Shown: positions 24,495-32,592 of the stretch, one piece after another
Numbering within the stretch: the first letter of the stretch is position 1
Layout: each line of letters opens with the position of its first letter
From: a virus
Lineage: Duplodnaviria; Caudoviricetes
Reading direction: 5' to 3' (one strand)
DNA: 38,615 nt
IMG/VR virus record: IMGVR_UViG_3300044708_000091
Span: 1 to 38,615 of that record
Position numbers and translations under genes: made by a program
Notes under the pieces: generated by a model
Told to the model about the DNA's origin: nothing
The model's database searches: none
What the model saw: the letters and a program-made list of their open reading frames with translations, nothing else

Positions 24495-25680
24495 CCGCAA
24501 CGCGCGCAGGCGCCAATTGACAGCCGAGCGCCGCGGCGCGCTCGGCCTGGCCGCGCCGCCGCAGGGCTTCGTCCCCACGGTCATCTCAACCGACGGCGAG
24601 GGCGCCGTCCGCGCCGTGCGCTCGATCCCGGAGAACGACGGTGAGGAGCGCCAGCAGCCTATCGTGCTCGAGGGCCACCAGATCCGCTTCGTAACGTCGC
24701 TGCTGGACGCCGAAGGCAACGTCAAGCTGCAGTACGTGAGAGGAGAGCGCGGCGCGGACCGCTATGCAGACGCGCTGGCTGCGGTGGATCGGCACTTTGA
24801 CGCGCTGGCGTGGAAGCTCGAAGTCACGGCTCGCATGCCCCCGCCCATAGCCGAGCCCGACGTGCCGGCCAACGAGCTGCAGGTCACGCTGCTGCTCGGC
24901 GATCCTCACATCGGCATGCTGAGCTGGCACCTGGAGACGGGCACTGACTTCGACCTGCGCATCGCCACGGCGCAGCTCAACCGGGCCGTGGACATGCTGA
25001 TCGCACGCGCGCCGCAGGCGCAGCGCCTGGTGATCGCCAACCTAGGCGACTTCTTCCACGCCGAGAACGACGAGCAGCGCACGCCTCGGGGCGGCAACAA
25101 GCTCGACGTGGACGGGCGCTGGGGTAAGATCCTCGACCTCGGCTTCGCGGCTCTCGAGCGCTGCATTGAGCGCGGGCTGCAGAAGTACCCGTGGGTGGAG
25201 GTGGTGAATCTGCCCGGCAATCACGACCCTCGGCTGGCGCGCGTGCTGGCGCGCTGGCTGGCCACGCGCTTCCGGAACGAGCCGCGCGTCAGCGTCAGGG
25301 GCAATGACGACCCGTTCATGTTCGTCAGCTGGGGCCAGAATCTGCACATGTACGTACATGGCGACGGCGCCAAGCCCGCCGACTTGCCGGCCATCATGGC
25401 TGCCTATCGCGACGGCGAGCCCTGGGGCCAGCACCGGCATCGCATGATCTACACCGGCCACATTCACCACCTCCAGCGCAAGGAATTCCCGGGCGTGGTG
25501 TGGGAATCGTCGCGAACGCTGGCGCCCGGCGACTACTGGCACCATCACAGCGGGTACAGGGCCGGCCGCGGCATGCGCGCCGTCACGCACCACAAGGAAC
25601 ACGGACACATCCGCGAAGACCTGATCTCGGGCCGTGAGGTGGAGTTGTCGCTGCTGAACGATTCGGCCTTGACGGGCTGA
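24472..25680 (+). CDS. Calcineurin-like metallophosphoesterase
   Basis: GDPHIG, LGDFFH, GNHD, HGD and GHIHH motifs; GAGGAG RBS before GTG 24472. Confidence 0.9.
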   Translation: MPYKNAADRNARRRQLTAERRGALGLAAPPQGFVPTVISTDGEGAVRAVRSIPENDGEERQQPIVLEGHQIRFVTSLLDAEGNVKLQYVRGERGADRYADALAAVDRHFDALAWKLEVTARMPPPIAEPDVPANELQVTLLLGDPHIGMLSWHLETGTDFDLRIATAQLNRAVDMLIARAPQAQRLVIANLGDFFHAENDEQRTPRGGNKLDVDGRWGKILDLGFAALERCIERGLQKYPWVEVVNLPGNHDPRLARVLARWLATRFRNEPRVSVRGNDDPFMFVSWGQNLHMYVHGDGAKPADLPAIMAAYRDGEPWGQHRHRMIYTGHIHHLQRKEFPGVVWESSRTLAPGDYWHHHSGYRAGRGMRAVTHHKEHGHIREDLISGREVELSLLNDSALTG

Positions 25681-25696
25681 AAAACAAGGCTAGGCT
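25669..25696 (+). promoter_or_regulatory. Putative leaderless promoter with CTGAAAAACAAG in the spacer
   Basis: TTGACG-GG-CTGAAAAACAAG-GC-TAGGCT-6 nt-ATG(25703). Confidence 0.65.
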
Positions 25697-25702
25697 CTGG
25701 TC

Positions 25703-25954
25703 ATGCACAACATTCTGCACGCCCTGCCCTGGCTCACGTGCGCGCTCGTCTGCTGCGTGTGCGCCCTGCTGCTGCGCGCGGCCGACAAGCGCCTAGCCTC
25801 GGCGAGCGCGGCGATAGCCGCGTACCGGGCCGCTCTGGTCGTAGAGCGCGCCCTGCGCAAGCGCAAGGGCGCTGGCTTCGACTGGCGCGACTCTCACCTG
25901 TTCACGCGCATCAGCGACGATAACGCGCTGACGCGCGTCTGGAGGCAGTCATGA
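25703..25954 (+). CDS. Small membrane-anchored protein
   Basis: 83 aa with an N-terminal TM segment. Confidence 0.6.
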   Translation: MHNILHALPWLTCALVCCVCALLLRAADKRLASASAAIAAYRAALVVERALRKRKGAGFDWRDSHLFTRISDDNALTRVWRQS

Positions 25955-26130
25955 GCCGGCACCGCAGGCAGCGCAACCGCCGTTGGCGCAGAACGCTAGG
26001 CAGCGTCACGTTTGAGCAAGTGATGGCTGTAGGCTTCTACTGCGATCGTCACAGCGGACACTTCCCGAGCTGGGCCAGTCCGCTCACCAGGCTAGTCACT
26101 GCAATGGTTCACGGTCGGAGGCAGGCATGA
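25951..26130 (+). CDS. Hypothetical protein (59 aa)
   Basis: ATGA overlaps on both sides; MSRHRRQRNRRWRR... Confidence 0.45.
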   Translation: MSRHRRQRNRRWRRTLGSVTFEQVMAVGFYCDRHSGHFPSWASPLTRLVTAMVHGRRQA

Positions 26131-26495
26131 AAAAGAAGTGTACGTGCGGAACGCAGATCGTGGGCGGGCTCTGCTCGAGCTGGTGCGACCTGGTTAGGCC
26201 GGACGAGACGCCGCCTTATACCGAGCGCAGCGCTGAAGAGCCCTTCACGTTTGATCCCTACGTGTACAACCCGGCCGGGTTTTGGCTGCTTCCGAAAGGT
26301 GTGCAGTACATACCGCCTCAGCCCCCGCCGCTGCCTGCAGCCAAGAAGCCGCAGCCCACGCTCAGCGCCGCTGGCGTTGCGGACGGCACGAGCGCCGACG
26401 ATCGCGTCTGCAAGTGTGGCAACTACATCATCAAGCACAAGTCTGTCCACGTGGACGCGCAGGCAAAGGCTCACTTTGAGCTCGGTTGCTTCTAG
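26127..26495 (+). CDS. Hypothetical Cys-rich protein
   Basis: 122 aa with GGAGG RBS; CxC...CxxxC at the N-terminus and CxC near the C-terminus. Confidence 0.6.
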   Translation: MKKKCTCGTQIVGGLCSSWCDLVRPDETPPYTERSAEEPFTFDPYVYNPAGFWLLPKGVQYIPPQPPPLPAAKKPQPTLSAAGVADGTSADDRVCKCGNYIIKHKSVHVDAQAKAHFELGCF

Positions 26496-27967
26496 CCCCG
26501 CCGAAGCCGTAGGGGCCGCTGCAGCGCCTCGCGCTTGCGCGCGGCCTGCGCCTCAAGCTCAGTCTCGCGCGCGCTGGCGATGCGGCTCTCAGTCGTGGGG
26601 GTGAAGTGCTCTAGGATCGCGTAGCCGAAAGCGTCGGCCGCGTGATCTTCCTGACGGCTGTCATGATCCTCACGTTTCTCGTTCCAGACGAGCATGCAGA
26701 GCTCGGAATGCAGCGCGGCCGCGCCCTCATAGATCGCGATCTGGCCGATGGCCATCAGATCGTTGAGCGTGTGAATGCGCGCGCGCTTGCTGCCCATGCC
26801 GGCCTTCTGCGCCGCAAGGATGGGCAGGCCGAACTGCGACGCGAAGGCCTCCACGATCTGGTAGTTGCCGCCCGAGTCGCACACGAGCGTGCCGGCTCGG
26901 TAGATCTGCTGCAGCTCCCTGATGCGCTCGGCCAGGTCGGGCAGCTGCCAATGCTGGCGCTTCTCTGCGCTCAACACGTGGACGCGCTCGCCCTCAACGA
27001 CGCGAACGGAGCCGTCGAGCTGGGGGAATTCCTCCCTGAACGGCACCAGCCGGATGATCACGATGGCCGTGTGGTCGTGCCAGCCCAGGTCGATCGCCAT
27101 GATCGTCCGGCCTGCGCTAGGCATGGCCGTCTGCGGCAAGAGCAGCAGCGGCGCATGGGGGTAGCAGCGCTGCTCGCTCGGCAGGCAGAACTGCGCCATG
27201 ACTTCGCGGCGAAAGCGGCTGTCCTCCCGGCTCACGTAGATGCCAGCGTCCAAGTCGGCCTGTATAGTCAGCTCCGCTTTGCCGCCTGCAAACACCGGGT
27301 TGTCGTGGATCGTGCCTGTGTGGCGGCTGCAGCCCAGCTTAGCCGTGCCGTCGGCGTTGTCCTGCGTGCACACTTCCCACCACAGCCCCTCAGGCAGCGG
27401 GCTTGGCGTGCCGGACAGCGATGCGCCCGCGCCCGGCTCGCCCCTGTGCTTGCGCAGCGCTTCCCACGCGCAGCTCAGCAGCGCTTCCCTCAGCACTGCG
27501 TCCTTGATCACGCCGCATTCGTCAAAATACGCGGCGAGCAGGTCCTCCCCGCGGAGCTTCTGCACCTCGGCCATGTTGCTCGCGCCCATCAGGCGCAGCT
27601 GCCCGCCGCGCTCGAAGGATATGACCTCGCCGCGCTGCTCCCACGCCACGCCGCAATCGCGGCGCAGCTGGCGCAGCAGGGGCAGCAGGATCTCGTTCGC
27701 GCGCGTGATGGTCGGCGCGACGTAAGCCGTCATCGTGTCGGGCCGGCTGTAGGTGATGATACGGGCCGCCACGGCATCAGTCTTGCCGTGACGGCGCCCT
27801 GCCAAGTAGGAGAGCAGCGCCGCCCGGTCGCGGATGTAGGCTTGCTGCAGCGGCGTGGCGCGCTCGAGCAGGCGCGGCGTGGGCGCGCTCGCCTGGCGCA
27901 GGCGCGCGGCCAGCGTGCCCGCTAAGCTGGCCTGCTGCCCGAACTTCCTGTGCTCGTCGCTTTTCAC
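26492..27967 (-). CDS. terL: Terminase large subunit
   Basis: Walker A AGRRHGKT, Walker B AYFDE, SGTP coupling motif, nuclease AIDLG...DHAADAFGY. Confidence 0.92.
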   Translation of the reverse strand: MKSDEHRKFGQQASLAGTLAARLRQASAPTPRLLERATPLQQAYIRDRAALLSYLAGRRHGKTDAVAARIITYSRPDTMTAYVAPTITRANEILLPLLRQLRRDCGVAWEQRGEVISFERGGQLRLMGASNMAEVQKLRGEDLLAAYFDECGVIKDAVLREALLSCAWEALRKHRGEPGAGASLSGTPSPLPEGLWWEVCTQDNADGTAKLGCSRHTGTIHDNPVFAGGKAELTIQADLDAGIYVSREDSRFRREVMAQFCLPSEQRCYPHAPLLLLPQTAMPSAGRTIMAIDLGWHDHTAIVIIRLVPFREEFPQLDGSVRVVEGERVHVLSAEKRQHWQLPDLAERIRELQQIYRAGTLVCDSGGNYQIVEAFASQFGLPILAAQKAGMGSKRARIHTLNDLMAIGQIAIYEGAAALHSELCMLVWNEKREDHDSRQEDHAADAFGYAILEHFTPTTESRIASARETELEAQAARKREALQRPLRLRRG

Positions 27968-28001
27968 CGGCGCTTGTTTTTCAGGGTGCTATTCTTTGAT
28001 C

Positions 28002-28157
28002 ATGAACAACGCAGTACGAATCGCCTACTACACCAGCAACTTCAGCTCCGGACGCACCACGCAGACCGTCGTAATTCAGCGCGGTAAGAAGATCCTGGCC
28101 AAGGCCACGGCGCCCACGTTCAAGGCGGCCCTCAAGGCCGCGCGGGCTGCACGCTGA
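28002..28157 (+). CDS. Small basic protein (51 aa), antisense to the packaging operon
   Basis: MNNAVRIAYYTSNF...; GC-rich third positions; extended -10 TGCTATTCT 6 nt upstream. Confidence 0.6.
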   Translation: MNNAVRIAYYTSNFSSGRTTQTVVIQRGKKILAKATAPTFKAALKAARAAR

Positions 28158-28465
28158 TGGGCATCTCGGTCGACCGCAAGGGCCGGCGAGTTTCTGAACT
28201 CGCCGGGGCGGGCGCCCCCGCTCAGTCGAAGCCGCCTCCGCCCGCGCTGGCCGCGAAGCTGGCAGCCACGACCTACTCGGCGTGGCTCTGGCACGGGTGG
28301 GCGTGGGATTCGCGGGCGATGTGCTGGCGCGCCGAGTGGCACCACAGGTCTCACCCGCTGACCGTGCGCGACTACGATGAATACGTGGCAGGGACGCTGA
28401 ACTACCGACACTGGCGCACGGCCGCCACGCCGAACGAGCTGCTAGAGTCATTCTTTCCGATATAG
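28157..28465 (+). CDS. Trp-rich hypothetical protein
   Basis: 102 aa; TGATG coupling to the previous ORF; GC-rich third positions. Confidence 0.55.
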   Translation: MGISVDRKGRRVSELAGAGAPAQSKPPPPALAAKLAATTYSAWLWHGWAWDSRAMCWRAEWHHRSHPLTVRDYDEYVAGTLNYRHWRTAATPNELLESFFPI

Positions 28466-28876
28466 CAACGCGCGCTCGCCCTCGGGCAGCGCCTCAGGGT
28501 CAGCCGAGCCCAGCGATAGCAGCTCGTCCTGAGCGGCCTTGCCCGGGAACGTGGCCCAGGCGCTCTTATCCAGGCGCTTGTCCAGCGCCTCGATCGCCCA
28601 CGACTCGCCGGCCTTGGCAGCCTTGACGACCCTGCCGTGATTCGTGGCGGCCTTGCGCGCGCGTATCTGGGCCACCTCGAAGGCCAGCGCGGCCCACAGC
28701 GGGTGAGGGCAGCCCTCGGTCTGGCCGCCCCAGTACCACGTCAGCACGTCCTCAGGCCTGTACCCGGCGGCCCTGGCGGCCGTGGGCAGGTCGTGCGGGA
28801 TCCGGCGGATCCAGGCGAGCAGAACGGCCAGGCCCTTCTCGGTGAGCTCGAATTGCTCAGGCACGCCCCGGAGCAT
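28448..28876 (-). CDS. Putative terminase small subunit
   Basis: 142 aa; HTH-like LPTAARAAGYRPEDVLTWY followed by helices; upstream of terL. Confidence 0.55.
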   Translation of the reverse strand: MLRGVPEQFELTEKGLAVLLAWIRRIPHDLPTAARAAGYRPEDVLTWYWGGQTEGCPHPLWAALAFEVAQIRARKAATNHGRVVKAAKAGESWAIEALDKRLDKSAWATFPGKAAQDELLSLGSADPEALPEGERALLYRKE

Positions 28877-29561
28877 CGTCCACCTCGGCCTGGCAATCCT
28901 CGAACGGCACGAGCCTGTACCACACGCCGTGTCGTCGAAAACGGCAAGAGGCGATCGGGTTGAAGAGCACGAGGGCGCCGGGCTTCTGCTCTGGCGCCCA
29001 CAGCCTCGGGTTCGTCTTGATTGTGCCGCCCTTGTCCGATTCCCAGTGGCCGGAGCCGGCCGAGACGACGCGGGCCAGCAGCACTTTCACGATGCCGTCG
29101 GCGCCGCTGTCCACGTGGATCCCGTCGCTGTGCTGGTTGTCGGTGAGGAGCAGCCCGCCGTTGCAGATGCGCTCGAACGCCTCGCGGTCCTCCCTCAGCA
29201 GAACGTAGTCGTTGACGGCCTCCAGCGTCTCGCCTGGCTCGCCAATGTGCCGGACGATCGCCGCGATGCCCGAGCTTTTGGTGAGCAGATGGGCCTGGCC
29301 GTTCAGCACGAGCACTTTGCTCGCGCCGAACAGGGGCAGCAACGCCACGTCGCCCGGGCGGAAGCTCGGAACGTCCGGCCAGGCCTCGCTGCCTGCCCCA
29401 ACGTGCTTGATCTCGCACACGGCTGCTGTGTCGTGCCGAAAGCCCGTCATGCTCGAGCTGCCGAGCAGGGCGCTGTCTGGCATGATGATCGTGTCGGACG
29501 CCCACTTGCGATCCAGGTCCTCACGGGGCGCCAGGATCGTCATGTCGTTGTACGCGCGCAT
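28857..29561 (-). CDS. Co-chaperonin with two tandem GroES (Cpn10) domains
   Basis: Domain 1: RAYNDMTIL...IIMPDSA...IKHVGAG...PGDVALLPLFGA...LLTKSSGIAAIV. Domain 2: EAVNDYVLL...GGLLLTD...VVSAGSG...KPGALVLF...LVPFEDCQAEV. Confidence 0.8.
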   Translation of the reverse strand: MRAYNDMTILAPREDLDRKWASDTIIMPDSALLGSSSMTGFRHDTAAVCEIKHVGAGSEAWPDVPSFRPGDVALLPLFGASKVLVLNGQAHLLTKSSGIAAIVRHIGEPGETLEAVNDYVLLREDREAFERICNGGLLLTDNQHSDGIHVDSGADGIVKVLLARVVSAGSGHWESDKGGTIKTNPRLWAPEQKPGALVLFNPIASCRFRRHGVWYRLVPFEDCQAEVDDAPGRA

Positions 29562-30592
29562 CAGCGGCCCGCCCTGCGCCCGCGGCGGATCTCAGCCTGC
29601 ACGGCCGCCTCTGCCTCCGCAAGCACGGCCCTGAATTCAGCCTTTTCCTGCTCTGCCTTGGCCGCCTTGCGCTCGGCGGGCGATAGCTTGCTCATGTCCT
29701 TGCGGATCGGCACGAGCGGTTTCTTCTCGGCCGCTTCGCGCTTCTGTCCTTTACTAACGGCCAGCGGCTTACCCGTGAGGGCCTCGGCGATCTTGGCCTT
29801 CTCGGCCTTGACCTTGGCGTACGCCTCTTTCACCGTCAGCGAGTAGCCGACGCCGTCCCACGACGCCTTGACCAGGTCGTGGATCTCCTTTGCCGCGCCT
29901 GGAACCTTTGCGAGCGGCGTGTCAGACAGGCGCTTTTCGATCGACTGCACTTCGGCCTGCGCCTGCGCGGCCTGAGCCTGAGCCTGCGTCTGCTGCTGTG
30001 CCTTCTGGTCACGCTCGGCCAGCTCTCGCCGCAGGCGCATCACTTCGGCCGTGCCGGCGTCGAGCGGCTTGCCAGCCTTCTGCACGAGCGCGACGATCTC
30101 TTCAAACGGGGCTTCAGCCATCAGTTCGATGGCAGCGCGCAGCTTCGCGCCGTCGCCCGCGACGCGCGCGGCGAAGCCAGCCGCGATCGGGCCGTAGGTG
30201 CGCTCAGCGTCGCCTTTGACGCGCTCCGCGTACGTCTTGGCCTTGACGGCCTCGGCTTCCTTCTTTTTAGCGTCTGCGAGCCCGCGCCGCATGGCAGCAA
30301 ACTGGCGCTTGTCGAGCTTGAACAGCTTCGGGTCGATCCCGAGCGCCTTAGCTGCGCCCTCCAGGTCGCCAGCCTCGATCAGCTTGCCGGCCGCGCTAGG
30401 CTCTGCGTCGAGCGGTTCGGGCTTGTCGTCGGCCGGCGCCTCGGGCTCGGTAGATTCGTCGCCTTCGGCCGCGTCGGGCTCGTCGCCTTCTACTTCGGGC
30501 GCCTCAGCGGTAGCCGCTTCGGCCTCGCCGCCCAGCTCGTCGAGCAGGGCAGCGAATTCAGCGGCCTCTGCGGCCGCAGCTTCTTTGCTCAT
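29561..30592 (-). CDS. Putative capsid scaffolding protein
   Basis: 343 aa; acidic disordered N-terminus, coiled coils, basic C-terminus; directly after the portal. Confidence 0.7.
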   Translation of the reverse strand: MSKEAAAAEAAEFAALLDELGGEAEAATAEAPEVEGDEPDAAEGDESTEPEAPADDKPEPLDAEPSAAGKLIEAGDLEGAAKALGIDPKLFKLDKRQFAAMRRGLADAKKKEAEAVKAKTYAERVKGDAERTYGPIAAGFAARVAGDGAKLRAAIELMAEAPFEEIVALVQKAGKPLDAGTAEVMRLRRELAERDQKAQQQTQAQAQAAQAQAEVQSIEKRLSDTPLAKVPGAAKEIHDLVKASWDGVGYSLTVKEAYAKVKAEKAKIAEALTGKPLAVSKGQKREAAEKKPLVPIRKDMSKLSPAERKAAKAEQEKAEFRAVLAEAEAAVQAEIRRGRRAGR

Positions 30593-30606
30593 GTTTTTCC
30601 TCTGAT

Positions 30607-30660
30607 GCGCCCGGCTTTCACCGGGCGCGGTTGTCGTTCACCTGCGCGGTTAAACCGCGC
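30607..30660 (-). promoter_or_regulatory. Two hairpins in the portal-scaffold intergenic leader
   Basis: GCGCCCGG-6 nt-CCGGGCGC (30607-30628) and GCGCGGT-3 nt-ACCGCGC (30644-30660). Confidence 0.5.
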
Positions 30661-30687
30661 GAAACGCTCACTCTGACTGCTTGTTTT

Positions 30688-32592
30688 TCAGGCTGGCATG
30701 GGCGGCGCGCCGCCTCCGGCAGCGCCCTGCGCCTGAGCCAGCGCGCTCATGGCGCCGTCGCTCAAACCGCCCCCGCCCGGGCCCACTGCGCCCTGCGCCG
30801 TGGCCTGAACGCTCGTCTGGCTGATGTAGGCCTGGACCTCGTCCAGGAATCTTGTGAAGTAGAGCAGCCGGTCGTCGGGCAGCCCCTTCGAGCGCGCGAC
30901 CAGCAGGTGCTGAGCCACGGTCTTAGCTGCGCTCTGCAGATCCATCCACGGGATTGGTCCCTGATACTCGATCGACTCGGCGTGCTGCCAGGCGTCGACT
31001 TGACGCTCGAGCCACTCTTCCTGCGCGACGGCCAGCGACGTGCGCTGTTTTTCGTCGAAGTCCTGCTGGAAAGAGAGCAGCTCGCTGCCCGTGATGAGCC
31101 CGGCCTCGAAGGCCTGATCCATCTTCTCGAGCCGCGCCTTCGGGCTCTGCTTGTCCTCGCTGACCGGCGCGACGGTGAGGCAATACTGCTCCTCGTCCAG
31201 GTCGAGATCGGCGAGTTTGATCTCCTCGATGTAGTCGCCCTTGACGTAGCGAGCGGCGTAATCCGGGTTTGATTCTAGCACATCTTGAAGCGTCCAGACG
31301 ATGAATCGGGCGCTTACCGTGGTGCGGACGTCAATTAGGCGCCGCTCGGCGTCGGCGAATCGCTCCGTAAACAGCGCGGCCACCATATTCTCGTGCTTGC
31401 CGCTGGTCGTCCCGACGCTGCGCTTCGCGCTCGTGTGCTGGTCCGACACGCCGCTGATATCGTGCGCACCCTGCTCGTGGAACTGGAGCAGGCCGAGCGA
31501 GTCCTGGCTGAACTTCGGCGGCGTCACGGCCTGGAATGCCGTGGACATGTCGCCCGCGCCGTTGATCTCGACGAACTGCCAGCCCCTGACCTTCTCCAGG
31601 TCGCCCTGGCGGGTCGCGTCTTTCTTGTGCAGCACGAGGCCCTGAGGGCTGTTGCGCTCTGCGTAATCCACGTCTGCGATGATCTGGTTGACCCGCATCA
31701 CCTGGTTGTAGATCGAGCGCGTCATACTCGCGCCCCATTGGCCGTAGAGGCTCCGCTCATAGTGCCACAGCGCCATGGGCGGGCAGTCGCGATCGAAGTC
31801 GTCATCGTGCAACACGGTGCCGTCTTTCAGCACGCACATGTAGCGCCCGGCCGTCTCGCCGCGCGCGCTGCGCCAGCCCTGATACACGCGAACGCCGCGC
31901 AAAGGCGTGGCCTCGTTCGTGTGCGGGTCCTCGGACTGCACGTCCGTGCTGACCTCGTTCTCGAGGATCTCCTCTTCGAACTTAGGGTAGCGCTCGATCA
32001 GGTCTTCCGCGCTGTACCAGGTGGTACGGACCAGCGCGACGATGCGCCCGAAGCGTCCGGAGCGCTCGATCCCGAGCGTGAGCGTGTCGTCCAGCTCTGC
32101 AGTCAGGCCGTCCACGTCGGCGCGATAGAACACTGCGAACGAGCCCGTGGCGGCCATGGCGAGCATGGCGCCGTGGCGAAACATCTCATGCAGGTTGCTG
32201 AACGAGCCCTGCTGGCGGCCGTACTCGGCCGTGACGAGCCGGTCGAGCCTGACGGCCTTGGTTCGCATGGCCCAGTCGCCGCCGTTGCTCATGAACTGAG
32301 GCAACGGGCTGTCCTGCGCCGTGATCTTGCTGACGGCTGTCTGCACGATCGACCTGCACGTGTTGCGCACGATCGGGATGTCCAGGTCCCGAAAAACTTC
32401 GTCGTTGTCGTTCACGTAGCCGGCGTCGCCGAAGCTGTTCAGGCTGAGGCCTTCGAACAGCGACGCGAACAGCAGCGCCTCAGCTCGGCGTTGCCCGTTG
32501 GCCTGGATCGAGCGCTCGCACTCGCTGATGAGCAGCTCGGGCGCGTCTTGTTTTTCGGCCCTATACCAGCGCTCTTTGGTTTCGTTCTTCAT
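30688..32592 (-). CDS. Portal protein
   Basis: 634 aa; portal-like segments (IVRNTCRSIVQTAVSKI, DISGVSD, TTSGK) and a low-complexity Ala/Gly/Pro tail; precedes the scaffold. Confidence 0.8.
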   Translation of the reverse strand: MKNETKERWYRAEKQDAPELLISECERSIQANGQRRAEALLFASLFEGLSLNSFGDAGYVNDNDEVFRDLDIPIVRNTCRSIVQTAVSKITAQDSPLPQFMSNGGDWAMRTKAVRLDRLVTAEYGRQQGSFSNLHEMFRHGAMLAMAATGSFAVFYRADVDGLTAELDDTLTLGIERSGRFGRIVALVRTTWYSAEDLIERYPKFEEEILENEVSTDVQSEDPHTNEATPLRGVRVYQGWRSARGETAGRYMCVLKDGTVLHDDDFDRDCPPMALWHYERSLYGQWGASMTRSIYNQVMRVNQIIADVDYAERNSPQGLVLHKKDATRQGDLEKVRGWQFVEINGAGDMSTAFQAVTPPKFSQDSLGLLQFHEQGAHDISGVSDQHTSAKRSVGTTSGKHENMVAALFTERFADAERRLIDVRTTVSARFIVWTLQDVLESNPDYAARYVKGDYIEEIKLADLDLDEEQYCLTVAPVSEDKQSPKARLEKMDQAFEAGLITGSELLSFQQDFDEKQRTSLAVAQEEWLERQVDAWQHAESIEYQGPIPWMDLQSAAKTVAQHLLVARSKGLPDDRLLYFTRFLDEVQAYISQTSVQATAQGAVGPGGGGLSDGAMSALAQAQGAAGGGAPPMPA

